Shown one piece after another: positions 51,081 to 60,528 of a DNA stretch of 64,000 nt. Under the pieces are notes generated by a model that worked only from the letters and a program-made list of their open reading frames with translations, was not told where the DNA came from and searched no databases. Source of the DNA: an uncultured Desulfosarcina sp. (GTDB lineage: Bacteria; Desulfobacterota; Desulfobacteria; Desulfobacterales; Desulfosarcinaceae). Location: assembly GCA_963674945.2 (NCBI GenBank), contig CAXXWQ010000003.1:2464001-2528000 (forward strand). Direction: 5' to 3'. The translations under genes and the position numbers were made by a program. Numbering within the stretch: position 1 is the stretch's first letter; every line of letters begins with the position of its first letter.

Positions 51081-52454
51081 CTACTTACCGTATACCCGCT
51101 GCCTGGCCTTGGCCGCCGCGACAAGCGGCGGCACCTGCTCGTCAACATAGTCATAGACCCGTGCCCGGTCCTTGCCCCTTGCCGGCCGCAGGATTCGTCC
51201 GAGATACTGCATGACCCGACCGCTGAACCGAATGGGAGTGGCAAGAAACAAGGTGGTGAGATCGGGACAGTCGAACCCTTCGCCGATCAACTGGCCGGTT
51301 GCGATCAGTACCTTTATCTTCCCTTTTTCGAGGCGTGCCAATACGGCTTTTCGTTCGTCGTTGCCAAGGTCTCCCGTGAGAAGCGCGGCTTCCACGTTGA
51401 ATTTGTATCGCAGTATGCCGCGAAGGGTTTCGCAGTGTTTTTTCCGGTCCGAAAGCACCAGACACACGCCATGATCCGACTGAACCGCATCGCGTATGTC
51501 CGAAGCGATGAGCCGATTGCGATCGTCATCGGCAGTGAGTTCAGACAACATTCGCGAATAGTCGTGAACCGGATCGAAAAAGGGGGCGAAGCGGGTTGTA
51601 CGAAAAATCACATCCGCCTTCACGATATGCCCATTTTCTTCCAGACGTCCTTTGTCCACCTCGTGGTGAACATCTCCGAGATACCAGAAGATGAGTTTGG
51701 AGAGATTGTCCCGCCGCCATGGTGTGGCCGATAGCCCCAGCATGTAATGACAGTCAAACGCCGTCACCGCCTCGGTGAAGGTGCGACTCGGTGTGCGGTG
51801 ACATTCATCAACGATGATATGCCCCACATGGGGGACGATCAAGTCCGTTGAACGGTAAAGGGATTGAACCAGGGCAACGGTGATGTGCTGACCGACTTTC
51901 TTCTTTCCTGCGCCGATCATTCCCACTTCGTCGGCGGCAATGCCGAGAAAACGTTCGATGCGTGAGACCCACTGAAAGGCCAGGTCCTTGGTATGCACCA
52001 CGACCACGGCCGGCTGTCGCCGCATTGCAATCAGATGCAGAGCCATGACCGTTTTGCCACTTCCCGTCGGGGCGCTGAGCGTTCCGAATTCTTTTTTGGC
52101 CATGTCCGTCACGGCATCGGTCTGAAAGGACTTGAGCGAACCGGAAAAAGAGAAATCGACCTGGGGCATCAACCGTCGCCGGTCGGTAATTTGATGAGAG
52201 ATATTCTCCCGTTTGAGATAGAGCAGCAATTGACGGGCATATCCCCTGGGAAGGGAGAGGCCGTCTTTCCCAAAACGCCGGTAAAATCGAAGGTTTTTTT
52301 TCGTCTTTCGGTTCCATCGTCCCATGCGTTCGTTTTCGATCCACTTGGGATTGATCATTTGAAACCGGTTTACCAGCATCTCCAGCAGGGCGGACGGCGT
52401 GTTCCGAAGCCGCAAATTTCGGTCGATGACAATGTTTAGTTCGCCGTTATCCAT
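51081..52454 (-). CDS. Superfamily 2 helicase (XPB/Rad25/ResIII-like DExH)
   Basis: APTGSGKT, VDECHR, GLSATP, IGEGFD, QYLGRILR, VYDYVD. Confidence 0.9.
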   Translation of the reverse strand: MDNGELNIVIDRNLRLRNTPSALLEMLVNRFQMINPKWIENERMGRWNRKTKKNLRFYRRFGKDGLSLPRGYARQLLLYLKRENISHQITDRRRLMPQVDFSFSGSLKSFQTDAVTDMAKKEFGTLSAPTGSGKTVMALHLIAMRRQPAVVVVHTKDLAFQWVSRIERFLGIAADEVGMIGAGKKKVGQHITVALVQSLYRSTDLIVPHVGHIIVDECHRTPSRTFTEAVTAFDCHYMLGLSATPWRRDNLSKLIFWYLGDVHHEVDKGRLEENGHIVKADVIFRTTRFAPFFDPVHDYSRMLSELTADDDRNRLIASDIRDAVQSDHGVCLVLSDRKKHCETLRGILRYKFNVEAALLTGDLGNDERKAVLARLEKGKIKVLIATGQLIGEGFDCPDLTTLFLATPIRFSGRVMQYLGRILRPARGKDRARVYDYVDEQVPPLVAAAKARQRVYGK

Positions 52455-52485
52455 ATTTCACCAAAAGATGCCAGCGATACGGAGA

Positions 52486-52668
52486 CTAATGGAAAAACCG
52501 AAGATAAACGGGGATCATGAGGGTGATGATGATCAAAATGCCGGGGACTGTCAGGTAGGGGGCGTACCAGGGTTTTTTCGATGCTTTTGCCTTCTTGACT
52601 TCGGAAAGAAACCAGTTTCCCAGAAAAAACGCTGCCAGGAGAATCGGAATGGCTTTGATGATGGTCAT
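52486..52668 (-). CDS. Small membrane protein (60 aa)
   Basis: AAAGGAG SD upstream; two hydrophobic segments. Confidence 0.65.
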   Translation of the reverse strand: MTIIKAIPILLAAFFLGNWFLSEVKKAKASKKPWYAPYLTVPGILIIITLMIPVYLRFFH

Positions 52669-52759
52669 GATCGATAAAAACTCCTTTCATCGCATTCGTC
52701 TTTGGGCGGTTACTATAGGTAATCATCTGCGGCGTGTCAAAAGATAAATGATGGGGATT

Positions 52760-52880
52760 GACGGCTTCGTAAAAAGCGTTTCCATGCCAACCATGGCCAA
52801 AAAATCGTATGCAAAAAAACTCGTTAGTATTTTCTTTGCAGATGGACGGAAACGAGGAAAAAGCTTTTTACGAAGCCGTC
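52760..52880. mobile_element. MITE/REP-like element with 18-bp perfect terminal inverted repeats
   Basis: GACGGCTTCGTAAAAAGC (52760-52777) ... GCTTTTTACGAAGCCGTC (52863-52880); 121 bp, non-coding. Confidence 0.6.
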
Positions 52881-52961
52881 CGAAATCCGACTCTTCATGG
52901 GTTTATCACGGATGGGGAAAGCAAAAAATATAAGTCCAGGGGGTTGATTTTCTCTACAGCG

Positions 52962-53420
52962 TCACGTTTCCGTTACAATGATTCGACTGGAAATCAGACC
53001 GTGAAAATAGCGGCCATCGGCGCTGGAAAAACGCCAGCCCATATGAACGTGGCAGTTGGCGCATACCGCGATTCGCCAGACATATCCCCTAAACCAGGTG
53101 AATTCGGGTGATGCCGGTCCGATGTAACCGCATCCCCATGCCTCCCGGTAGCAGACGATTTCGAAGACGATTCCATCCGGGTTGGCAAAGGTGTGTGCGT
53201 AGGAACCATCGATGAATTTTTGCTGCTCAGGAGAGGTAATCACATGGAGGCATTGGCGGCATAGTACGAGACCGTGATGCGCCGACGAAGTCTTTTCAGC
53301 GGGACCGGTTCGAGGCTTTCCCTGGTTCGATTTCGAATTGGGCCGAAAGAAAAACGTCGGTCCCTGTCGTGCTTGTAAGGGGGAACAAAAGGTCTTTGAC
53401 CCTATCAGGATAGCATCCAT
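52962..53420 (-). CDS. Cereblon-family (CULT, thalidomide-binding domain) protein
   Basis: LCRQC...FANPDG...FTWFRGYVWRIAVCANCHVHMGWRF...FHGL, matching cereblon HSWFPGYAW...CxxCxxHIGWKF. Confidence 0.9.
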   Translation of the reverse strand: MDAILIGSKTFCSPLQARQGPTFFFRPNSKSNQGKPRTGPAEKTSSAHHGLVLCRQCLHVITSPEQQKFIDGSYAHTFANPDGIVFEIVCYREAWGCGYIGPASPEFTWFRGYVWRIAVCANCHVHMGWRFSSADGRYFHGLISSRIIVTET

Positions 53421-53557
53421 GTTTTACAGGGGTGGTTTCGTCCGGTCGTCGGCACCATTTTCTTGGACCCGAAAGTGGAGTGGCTGTAGGATTCGTATGA
53501 TCATGGGCAGATGCGGCAACCGGTTTCCGGAAAGACACGATACGTAGGTTGTGCTTA

Positions 53558-53842
53558 TCAGCCGTTGAGTCGGTCCACCCGTTCCTTCAACTCTTTTCCG
53601 CACCTGAAGAAAGGCAGACGTTTTGCCTTGACCATTACCGATTCACCCGTTTTGGGATTTCTTCCCTTGTACGCACCGTATTCCTTGACGAAAATGCTGC
53701 CAAATCCGCGTATTTCGACCCGATCGCCGTTTGCCAGTGCGTTTGTCATTTCCCCGAAAAATAGATCGATCACCCGCTCGGCTTTTTCCCGAGAAAACCC
53801 GTTCTTTCGTTTCAATGCCTCGATCAAATCTCCCTTGTTCAT
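53558..53842 (-). CDS. ihfB: Integration host factor beta / HU family protein
   Basis: MNKGDLI, GDRVEIRGFGS, GRNPKTGE, PFFRCGKELKERV. Confidence 0.88.
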   Translation of the reverse strand: MNKGDLIEALKRKNGFSREKAERVIDLFFGEMTNALANGDRVEIRGFGSIFVKEYGAYKGRNPKTGESVMVKAKRLPFFRCGKELKERVDRLNG

Positions 53843-54000
53843 GCGCCCCCCATTGTATCGTGAATTATATCAGTATCGTAAAAGTAAAATTGTGGATTGT
53901 CAACGACCTGATCCCCATGGGAACCATTTTTTCCGATTACAAAACCGTCAGACCAAGGATCATCCTGACAGATACCCCATCGTCCATGAACCATGGGATG

Positions 54001-54465
54001 TCACTTGCCTGTGTAATATCCGTTGTTGAATTTGGCGATTTCCGTCGATGTCAGCAAAATGCATTGGTCGACGATATTCGTCAGCACATCCTGCGCTGCC
54101 ATATCTTTCGATGAGAAACGCAAAGATTCAGTCTGAGAACCCATCTTTTCCACCAATGGCCAGATATCTTTCAACGTATTGGATTCAGACGATAGTTTTT
54201 GCTGATACACGTCCAGGGTATCGATCAACTGCGACACCTCTTCCACGATAGAGGAAGATGCTGTCTTCGTATCGTTAAGAAATTGGACTGGACGGATCTG
54301 TGAAGCGACATTCACCGATTGTGATTGGTTGTCATTTTTTTTCGTCTCTTGAACGGTATCATGCAAGATCCTGTCAAACTGGCAATTTTTATCCGTTTTC
54401 GGCCCTGCCTTGTTCACAGTTGCCGGAATATTGAAAATCGGCTTGTCAGCGTCGATGGTTCCCAT
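54001..54465 (-). CDS. Hypothetical helical protein
   Basis: ATG 54465 behind AGGAG (track start 54489); no recognised motif. Confidence 0.65.
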   Translation of the reverse strand: MGTIDADKPIFNIPATVNKAGPKTDKNCQFDRILHDTVQETKKNDNQSQSVNVASQIRPVQFLNDTKTASSSIVEEVSQLIDTLDVYQQKLSSESNTLKDIWPLVEKMGSQTESLRFSSKDMAAQDVLTNIVDQCILLTSTEIAKFNNGYYTGK

Positions 54466-54801
54466 AGAGTTCTCCTGTTTCCTAATCATTCCTTTTTTGC
54501 CCGGCGCATCACATCGACGCGCATTTTCAACCTGTTAAAAAAATCTTAGCAATAATCATGCAAAAACGACATTTTTTTTCTATTTGATTTCTATACACAT
54601 TATCGCCCCTCCTCCTCAAAACGTAATGGTTTACGGTGAAAAATTTTCTTCTATCCCCGGTAAATTCTTCCCCGCGCAACATGTCTGCACGGCATATGAA
54701 AAACCGGTACACTGTACTCAATATTGTCATCAATTTTCCGAAAAATGAATCAAATATGCACAGATAAATTGTTTTTACCAATTAAAACTGCTGGTTATAT
54801 T

Positions 54802-54818
54802 TAGGTATAGTTCTTGCG
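54802..54818 (+). promoter_or_regulatory. Putative sigma54 promoter
   Basis: AGGTATAGTTCTTGCG = GG-N10-GC, about 40 nt upstream of 54858. Confidence 0.5.
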
Positions 54819-54857
54819 TAATGTCAAGTAGGCGGATAACCAGGGAAAGGACAAGTC

Positions 54858-55214
54858 ATGATCACACAACTGAGTGCAGGGGTTTCGGCGCTAACGGCAT
54901 TCTCAAAAAAAATGCGTGTCACGGCCAATAACGTTGCAAATGTCAATTCAGACGGTTTTAAAAAGAGCCGAACCACCCTCGAGGAGGGACCGTCAGGCGA
55001 TGGCGTCCGTGCAAGGGTGAATGTCGTAAATACACCCGGGTATATGAAACAAGTTGAAAAAGACGGTGTATTGCAGGAAGTGGAGACTTCCAATGTAGAC
55101 CTTGCCGAAGAAATTCCAGGCTTGATCGCAACACAAGCGGGATACAAAGCCAACCTTGCGACGATCCGAACCTTGGACGAGATGATCGGATCGTTGTTAG
55201 ATACGATTGGCTGA
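54858..55214 (+). CDS. Short flagellar basal-body rod protein-like (FlgC/FlgE terminal motifs)
   Basis: ANNVANVNSDGFK and SNVDLAEE...YKANLATIRTLDEM motifs. Confidence 0.85.
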   Translation: MITQLSAGVSALTAFSKKMRVTANNVANVNSDGFKKSRTTLEEGPSGDGVRARVNVVNTPGYMKQVEKDGVLQEVETSNVDLAEEIPGLIATQAGYKANLATIRTLDEMIGSLLDTIG

Positions 55215-55228
55215 TGGAGACATATGCA

Positions 55229-55984
55229 CTATTTAATGCCTCGGGCGTTCTTGATCTGTTCCCACGCTTCCTGGATTTCTCGGAATTTATCCTGGGCGAA
55301 ACGGGTGAATTCATCGGGAAGTCCCTTTGCGGCAATTTTATCGGGATGATACTCCTGAACACGTTGCCGGTAGCAGCGCTTGACCTGTTCATCGGAATCT
55401 TCCGGCCGGCAACCCAAAACCGCATAGGCACTGTCCGCCGTTTGAATGTATTTTGATTTAAGCTGCTGATACCGGGAGGCGCTAAAATTGAACATTTTAA
55501 CTGCCGATAGGATCATCGACTCTTCCGCATCGGTCATTTTGCCGTCGGATACCGCCACCCGCAATAGAATGTCGACCATCAATTCGATCAATTGGGGCTG
55601 GCCGTGAAAATTACCGTAAAACTGACCGGCAAAATCGGCAAATGTCCCCGGCGCATTCAGGGCCGTCCGAAAAATGTTTTCGGCTGCATGCCGCCCCTGA
55701 GGATCCAACCGCAGATCCTTTTCCATGAACGATTCGATACTATCGATCTCCGCTTGGGTGACCCGGCCATCCGCCTGGGTGAGCTTTGCCAGCATGGAAA
55801 AGGCCGCGACGAAAAATGTCAATTGATGTTTTTCGACGGAGCTCAGTTGTGGGCGTCCACTGGCCGTGTCCAGTTCCACACCCGTATCGAAGGCATGTCC
55901 GAAAGTCGCCCCAAGTATGGCGCCAAGCGGCCCACCGAGTGCGAATCCGATGGTTCCGCCTACCAATTTCCCAGTCCACCCCAT
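55229..55984 (-). CDS. djlA: DjlA co-chaperone (N-terminal anchor, TerB-like domain, J domain)
   Basis: GGPLGAILG anchor, AKLTQADGRVT, AYAVLG...YHPDK...EIQEAWEQI. Confidence 0.92.
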   Translation of the reverse strand: MGWTGKLVGGTIGFALGGPLGAILGATFGHAFDTGVELDTASGRPQLSSVEKHQLTFFVAAFSMLAKLTQADGRVTQAEIDSIESFMEKDLRLDPQGRHAAENIFRTALNAPGTFADFAGQFYGNFHGQPQLIELMVDILLRVAVSDGKMTDAEESMILSAVKMFNFSASRYQQLKSKYIQTADSAYAVLGCRPEDSDEQVKRCYRQRVQEYHPDKIAAKGLPDEFTRFAQDKFREIQEAWEQIKNARGIK

Positions 55985-56196
55985 GGGGCATTCCTCCTAT
56001 CTTCGTCCATAGTCATGGGTAAAGAGGTGAAAAATGAATATCTCGTACCATAATTCCGTTGGGTTGCCAACAAAAGGGTGGATCTGTAACAAAAGCATTG
56101 GATGATTAGAAATGTATTGAACTTTGGATATCTTATTCGTAATATTAAAAGTTAATAATTCGCCATGCACTTACTCCCATTTCATGCCACGAAAGG

Positions 56197-57030
56197 TTGT
56201 CACTTATGTTGTCATGGTGGACCAATATGGAATCCGTCGCTGCGGCTAACGATTGGCTCTTAACGGCTACGATTTTATCTGCACTCCTGACAGGCATCCT
56301 CATCTTTGTGAAGGCCGGAAAACAGAAACATGACGTCGAAAGCCTCTCCAGTGCCCTCCGATCTTCCCGCAGACAGGTTAAGGCATTGGAAAAAGCGGCC
56401 GAGGAGATCCGGAAAGAGTTGCTTGAGATCCAACAGCATCAGGACATCAATCAGATCAAACTGCAAAGCAACCAATCTTCCACGCAGGAGTTGCAAAACG
56501 CCCTTGCCGAAGCGCAACATCGGTTGAAGATCACCGAAGCGGCTTTGAATGAAAGGAAGATCGCAGAAGCCGCCCTGAAGAAAAAGAGAACGGCAACCAC
56601 GACAAAAGGCCGTTCGACCGGGTTATCCCAGGAATTGGAAACCGTTGAGGACCTTATGATTGATGTGCAACCTGCCATCGGCCTCAGCGATGACCAGCAA
56701 GAACAATTGATCGGCCTTCTCGATCCGGGACCAAAAGGAAACGTCGACATCTTTTGTATTGTGGATGATGAAAATTCTGAAACGACGGCCAGACAACTGG
56801 AATCGATTCTCAGCTCCGACGGATGGAAAACCAATGGTGTCGCAAAAAGTGCGTTCACCAAACCGCCCAAGGGGGTGGTTTTGGCGGTAAACAGCAAGGA
56901 TACGGCCCCTTCTTATGCCTCGTTTCTGCAGCGGGTCTTCTCGACGATCGGGATGATTGTTTCCCCGAAGATAGACAAGAAATACCGGGAATGGTCACTG
57001 ACCATTATTGTCGGTGATATTGAGAATTGA
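56197..57030 (+). CDS. Membrane-anchored coiled-coil protein with small C-terminal alpha/beta domain
   Basis: TM WLLTATILSALLTGILIFV, long heptad region, globular C-terminus; start uncertain (56197/56206/56227). Confidence 0.7.
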   Translation: MSLMLSWWTNMESVAAANDWLLTATILSALLTGILIFVKAGKQKHDVESLSSALRSSRRQVKALEKAAEEIRKELLEIQQHQDINQIKLQSNQSSTQELQNALAEAQHRLKITEAALNERKIAEAALKKKRTATTTKGRSTGLSQELETVEDLMIDVQPAIGLSDDQQEQLIGLLDPGPKGNVDIFCIVDDENSETTARQLESILSSDGWKTNGVAKSAFTKPPKGVVLAVNSKDTAPSYASFLQRVFSTIGMIVSPKIDKKYREWSLTIIVGDIEN

Positions 57031-57069
57031 TTGACCCAAAAATGAAACTTCAGCTATGGAAAAACACCC

Positions 57070-57741
57070 ATGACAGCAAATATTGCCTCTCAAGCAAGCG
57101 ATCCCCAGAACAACCCGATGCTTTCCCGATTGACCTTGACAGCCGCCGGTCTAACGATTTTTTTGGCTGTACTCTCTCTGATTTTTAGCAACCGACTGGA
57201 AACGCTGCGCGTTGAATACCAAGATACGATCCGCAAGGGGGTCGCAACAGAGGCAAATGCAGAGCTGAATTCCGTCACGGCAGAGTTAGATGCCATGAAA
57301 CAATCCATGGAAGCCGAAAAAACGACGAACGACAAGCTCAAGAAAAAGATTGCCGTCATCACGAAAGAGTCGGAGAAGATAAAATCGGAATTGGCGCTGG
57401 CACAAAAAACCATTAAAGAGCTCCGCTCGGCCGAAACGTCTGCCGAAACCATGGAATCGTTGCCTTTTTCCGATTCCCCCATATCCGATGGGTTGCCAAT
57501 GGAAACGCCCCCCAACCCGGATACGGAGTCGAAAGATCTTTTACCCGAATCACAAGTGCAACCTTCCGTTTCATCCCATTCTGCAAAAGAGCCGCAAAAC
57601 ACTTCTTTGACCGAAGAATCGGTGGCGCCCGCTGCTTTGCCAGTTGAACCGGCGGCCCCATCCATTTCCGAGTCAATCCGGCCGGAACCTTCCGCGCCGG
57701 AGGAAAATGAGATTGCGTCCGATTCGAACCAAACGCAGTAA
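57070..57741 (+). CDS. Membrane-anchored coiled-coil protein with acidic/Pro/Ser disordered tail
   Basis: TM LTAAGLTIFLAVLSLIF, coiled coil, low-complexity tail. Confidence 0.7.
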   Translation: MTANIASQASDPQNNPMLSRLTLTAAGLTIFLAVLSLIFSNRLETLRVEYQDTIRKGVATEANAELNSVTAELDAMKQSMEAEKTTNDKLKKKIAVITKESEKIKSELALAQKTIKELRSAETSAETMESLPFSDSPISDGLPMETPPNPDTESKDLLPESQVQPSVSSHSAKEPQNTSLTEESVAPAALPVEPAAPSISESIRPEPSAPEENEIASDSNQTQ

Positions 57742-57943
57742 ACGCTAAACCTTCTATATCATTCCACGCTGCACGAAGATACTTGTCCTCGTCACCGTTC
57801 GCGCCGCTTCAAAGGCCGGGCATCATCGTCGAATACAGTAGCTTATCGAATCCGTGCTTCGCCGTTTGAGAGTTCCTCATGATCTTTTCCTGTTTGCCGA
57901 TATTGGTTTATAGTAAACCTTAGCGGAAAGGGAGATCGTTTCG

Positions 57944-59086
57944 ATGAAAGGTGACAATCTGGTATTTCTTGAAAATTTAGAGTGGTTCGACGAAAGCGGT
58001 CAGGAACTGGTACACCGTCTGCCGGAAAAAGGATCCGGTGAGATCAAATGGGGAGCCCAGCTGACACTACGGGAAAGCCAGGCAGGTGTATTCTACTATA
58101 AAGGTAAGGCAGTGGAGGCCTTCGGTCCCGGCCGTCATACGCTTACGACAGGTAACATCCCCTTACTGACAAAGATCGCCAGCCTGCCCTGGGGAATGAG
58201 CAGTCCACTAAGAGCGGAAGTCTATTTCGTCAACATGAAGGTCTTTACCAACCTTAAATGGGGAACAAGGGATCCGGTGGCCTTTAAGGATACGGAATTG
58301 GGACTGATCCGTCTGCGGGCATTCGGTGTATTCAATCTGCGGGTACTTCAACCGATACTGTTCATCAACACCATGGTGGGCACCCAGGGCATGTTTACCA
58401 CCGAAAGCATTGAAGAGTACTTGAATCGCGTCATCGTCTCCCGCTTTAACGATTATATGGGAGAAACCATCGACTCCATCCTTTCCCTGCCCGCCCAATA
58501 CGATGAACTGTCCCAAGGGCTTTCCAAGCGTCTGGAATCGGATTTTAAAAATTTCGGGTTGGGGCTCACCCACCTTTACATGAATGCCATCACACCTCCG
58601 CAGGAGGTTCAGAAGGCCATCGACGATCGAAGTCGAATGGGCGTCTTCGACGATATGAACAAGCTGATGCAGGTGAAGGCGGCCATGGCCATGGAGAAAG
58701 CCGCCGAGAAAGAGGGCGAAGGCGGCATGGGCATGGGAACGAGCCTGGGTTTGATGATGCCGGCCATGTTTGCCAACTATTTCAACGCTTCGAAACAAGG
58801 CAACGGCCATGGGGATTCGATGCCGGCATCTTACGAATCCACCACTTGCCAAGAGTGCCGATGCACCATTCCGGCCAATGCTAGATTTTGTCCCATGTGC
58901 GGTCATCAGCAGATCGTTTTTGACCAGTGCAGTCACTGCGGTAAAAATTTAGTTCCCAATGCACGATTCTGCTCCCGTTGCGGCCACCCGACCGAAGAAA
59001 AACCCGTTCCCATTTTTTGTGCATCCTGCGGGGCCGAAAATGTAGCCGGATCCAAATTTTGCACCAATTGCGGAGAAAAGCATTAA
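57944..59086 (+). CDS. SPFH/band-7 protein (YdjI-like) with C-terminal zinc ribbons
   Basis: GAQLTLRESQ, FGPGRHTLTTGNIPLL, AEVYFVN, KWGT, LRAFG, ITPPQEVQKAID; six CxxC motifs (ARFCPMCG, ARFCSRCG, KFCTNCG). Confidence 0.9.
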   Translation: MKGDNLVFLENLEWFDESGQELVHRLPEKGSGEIKWGAQLTLRESQAGVFYYKGKAVEAFGPGRHTLTTGNIPLLTKIASLPWGMSSPLRAEVYFVNMKVFTNLKWGTRDPVAFKDTELGLIRLRAFGVFNLRVLQPILFINTMVGTQGMFTTESIEEYLNRVIVSRFNDYMGETIDSILSLPAQYDELSQGLSKRLESDFKNFGLGLTHLYMNAITPPQEVQKAIDDRSRMGVFDDMNKLMQVKAAMAMEKAAEKEGEGGMGMGTSLGLMMPAMFANYFNASKQGNGHGDSMPASYESTTCQECRCTIPANARFCPMCGHQQIVFDQCSHCGKNLVPNARFCSRCGHPTEEKPVPIFCASCGAENVAGSKFCTNCGEKH

Positions 59087-60314
59087 TTTTCTCATCGAAC
59101 ATCAATGCCCCCAATGCGGGGCACCGGCGACACTCGGCGAGACCGACCGATTGTTTCGCTGCGAATTTTGCAAGGTTACGTCATGCCTCGTGCCCCAAGG
59201 ATTCTTCCGGTATCTGCTACCTAACCGTGCACCCTACGATAAAGATCTGCTGTACGTTCCCTACTGGCGGTTCAAGGGCATGCTTTTTTCCTGTCTTTCC
59301 ACCGGGATCGAAAACCGATTCATGGATGTCAGCCATCTGGCGGTCCCGTCACCATTCTTTCCGGCCACCGTTGGACTTCGTAGTCAGGCCCTGAAATTGT
59401 CTTTTGTGGATCCAAAGGTGAAAGGTTGGTTTCTTCGCCCTACCCTTTTTTTTCATCAGGCAATGGAGATGTTCACACACCGTTTTAACCGTCATCATTC
59501 CGAAGATATTTTTCACCAGGCCCATATCGGTGAATCCGTAAGTATTTTGTATGCGCCATTTTATCTCGATGACGGTCTCGTCGATGGGGTGCTCAACCAG
59601 CCAATCCCGAAAGAGCCGGATACGATCTTCGATATCAACCAATTCACTGGGGGGCCGGCCGATTGGCGGGTCCGCTTCATTCCCACCTTATGTCCCGACT
59701 GCGGATGGGACATGAAGGGCGGTCACAAGGACGCCCTGGTCCTTTTTTGTAAAAACTGCGATACCCATTGGCAGGCGACCAAAAATGGCTTGGTCCGTGT
59801 CGAGGCAGCGCACATGCCGGGCAACGATGCCCAAGAGACCATCTACCTCCCCTTCTGGCGAGTCCGCGCAACCGTAACGGGGATTGATCTCTCCTCTTAT
59901 GCGGATCTCGTGAAAACCGCCAATCTGGCAAAAGCCGTCCAACCCGGTTGGGAAAAGCGACCCTTTTCCTTTTGGGGTCCTGCATTCAAAGTACGACCCA
60001 AAAGTTTTCTGCGTCTGACCCACCAGATCACCATGGTTCAACCGCGAGAAGAGTTGGTGGCCAGCGGCCCCAGAGGGAACGTCCACCCTGTAAATCTTCC
60101 CGTTTCCGAATCCATTGAGACCATGAAGGTGAACCTGGCCGGTATCATTCGGCAACAAAAGCACTTTGCAAAAATCATCGAAGCGATTCAGGTCACTCCG
60201 AAAAGCTACCTTCTGGTCTATTTCCCCTTTTCCGTACGTCACCACGATCTGGTTCAGCCGACCCTCAACATCGCCGTGAACCGTAATCAACTCGCCCTGG
60301 CCGGTAATCTATAG
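59082..60314 (+). CDS. Zinc-ribbon protein with duplicated (Y/F)xP(Y/F)W modules (YdjG-like); probable ATT start
   Basis: Frame open from 59046; CPQCGA...CEFC and CPDCG...CKNC knuckles; YVPYWR and YLPFWR; the track start 59151 cuts off the first CxxC. Confidence 0.75.
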   Translation: MNFLIEHQCPQCGAPATLGETDRLFRCEFCKVTSCLVPQGFFRYLLPNRAPYDKDLLYVPYWRFKGMLFSCLSTGIENRFMDVSHLAVPSPFFPATVGLRSQALKLSFVDPKVKGWFLRPTLFFHQAMEMFTHRFNRHHSEDIFHQAHIGESVSILYAPFYLDDGLVDGVLNQPIPKEPDTIFDINQFTGGPADWRVRFIPTLCPDCGWDMKGGHKDALVLFCKNCDTHWQATKNGLVRVEAAHMPGNDAQETIYLPFWRVRATVTGIDLSSYADLVKTANLAKAVQPGWEKRPFSFWGPAFKVRPKSFLRLTHQITMVQPREELVASGPRGNVHPVNLPVSESIETMKVNLAGIIRQQKHFAKIIEAIQVTPKSYLLVYFPFSVRHHDLVQPTLNIAVNRNQLALAGNL

Positions 60315-60528
60315 TGTTTCTGTATTCGAATATGCTACGGCCCGGCGTGGTTTTTCCTTGAAAGCACGAAATTTTCGTGGTTGAATTCGGTAAGTGGAAA
60401 CTGCCTGCCGAGCCCCTTGAAAAGTGTTGAATCGGGGCATATCCGTTGTCGCTTCCTTTTGGCGCAATGGACACCGACCCGTGCCGGATGGAACATCTCC
60501 AATTTATCCTGCAACCAAAGGAGCGAAT

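Noticed and set aside
51081..52454. Helicase as the restriction subunit for the methyltransferase at 18265
   Set aside because: More than 30 kb apart, no nuclease domain seen, and no adjacent mod or hsd genes
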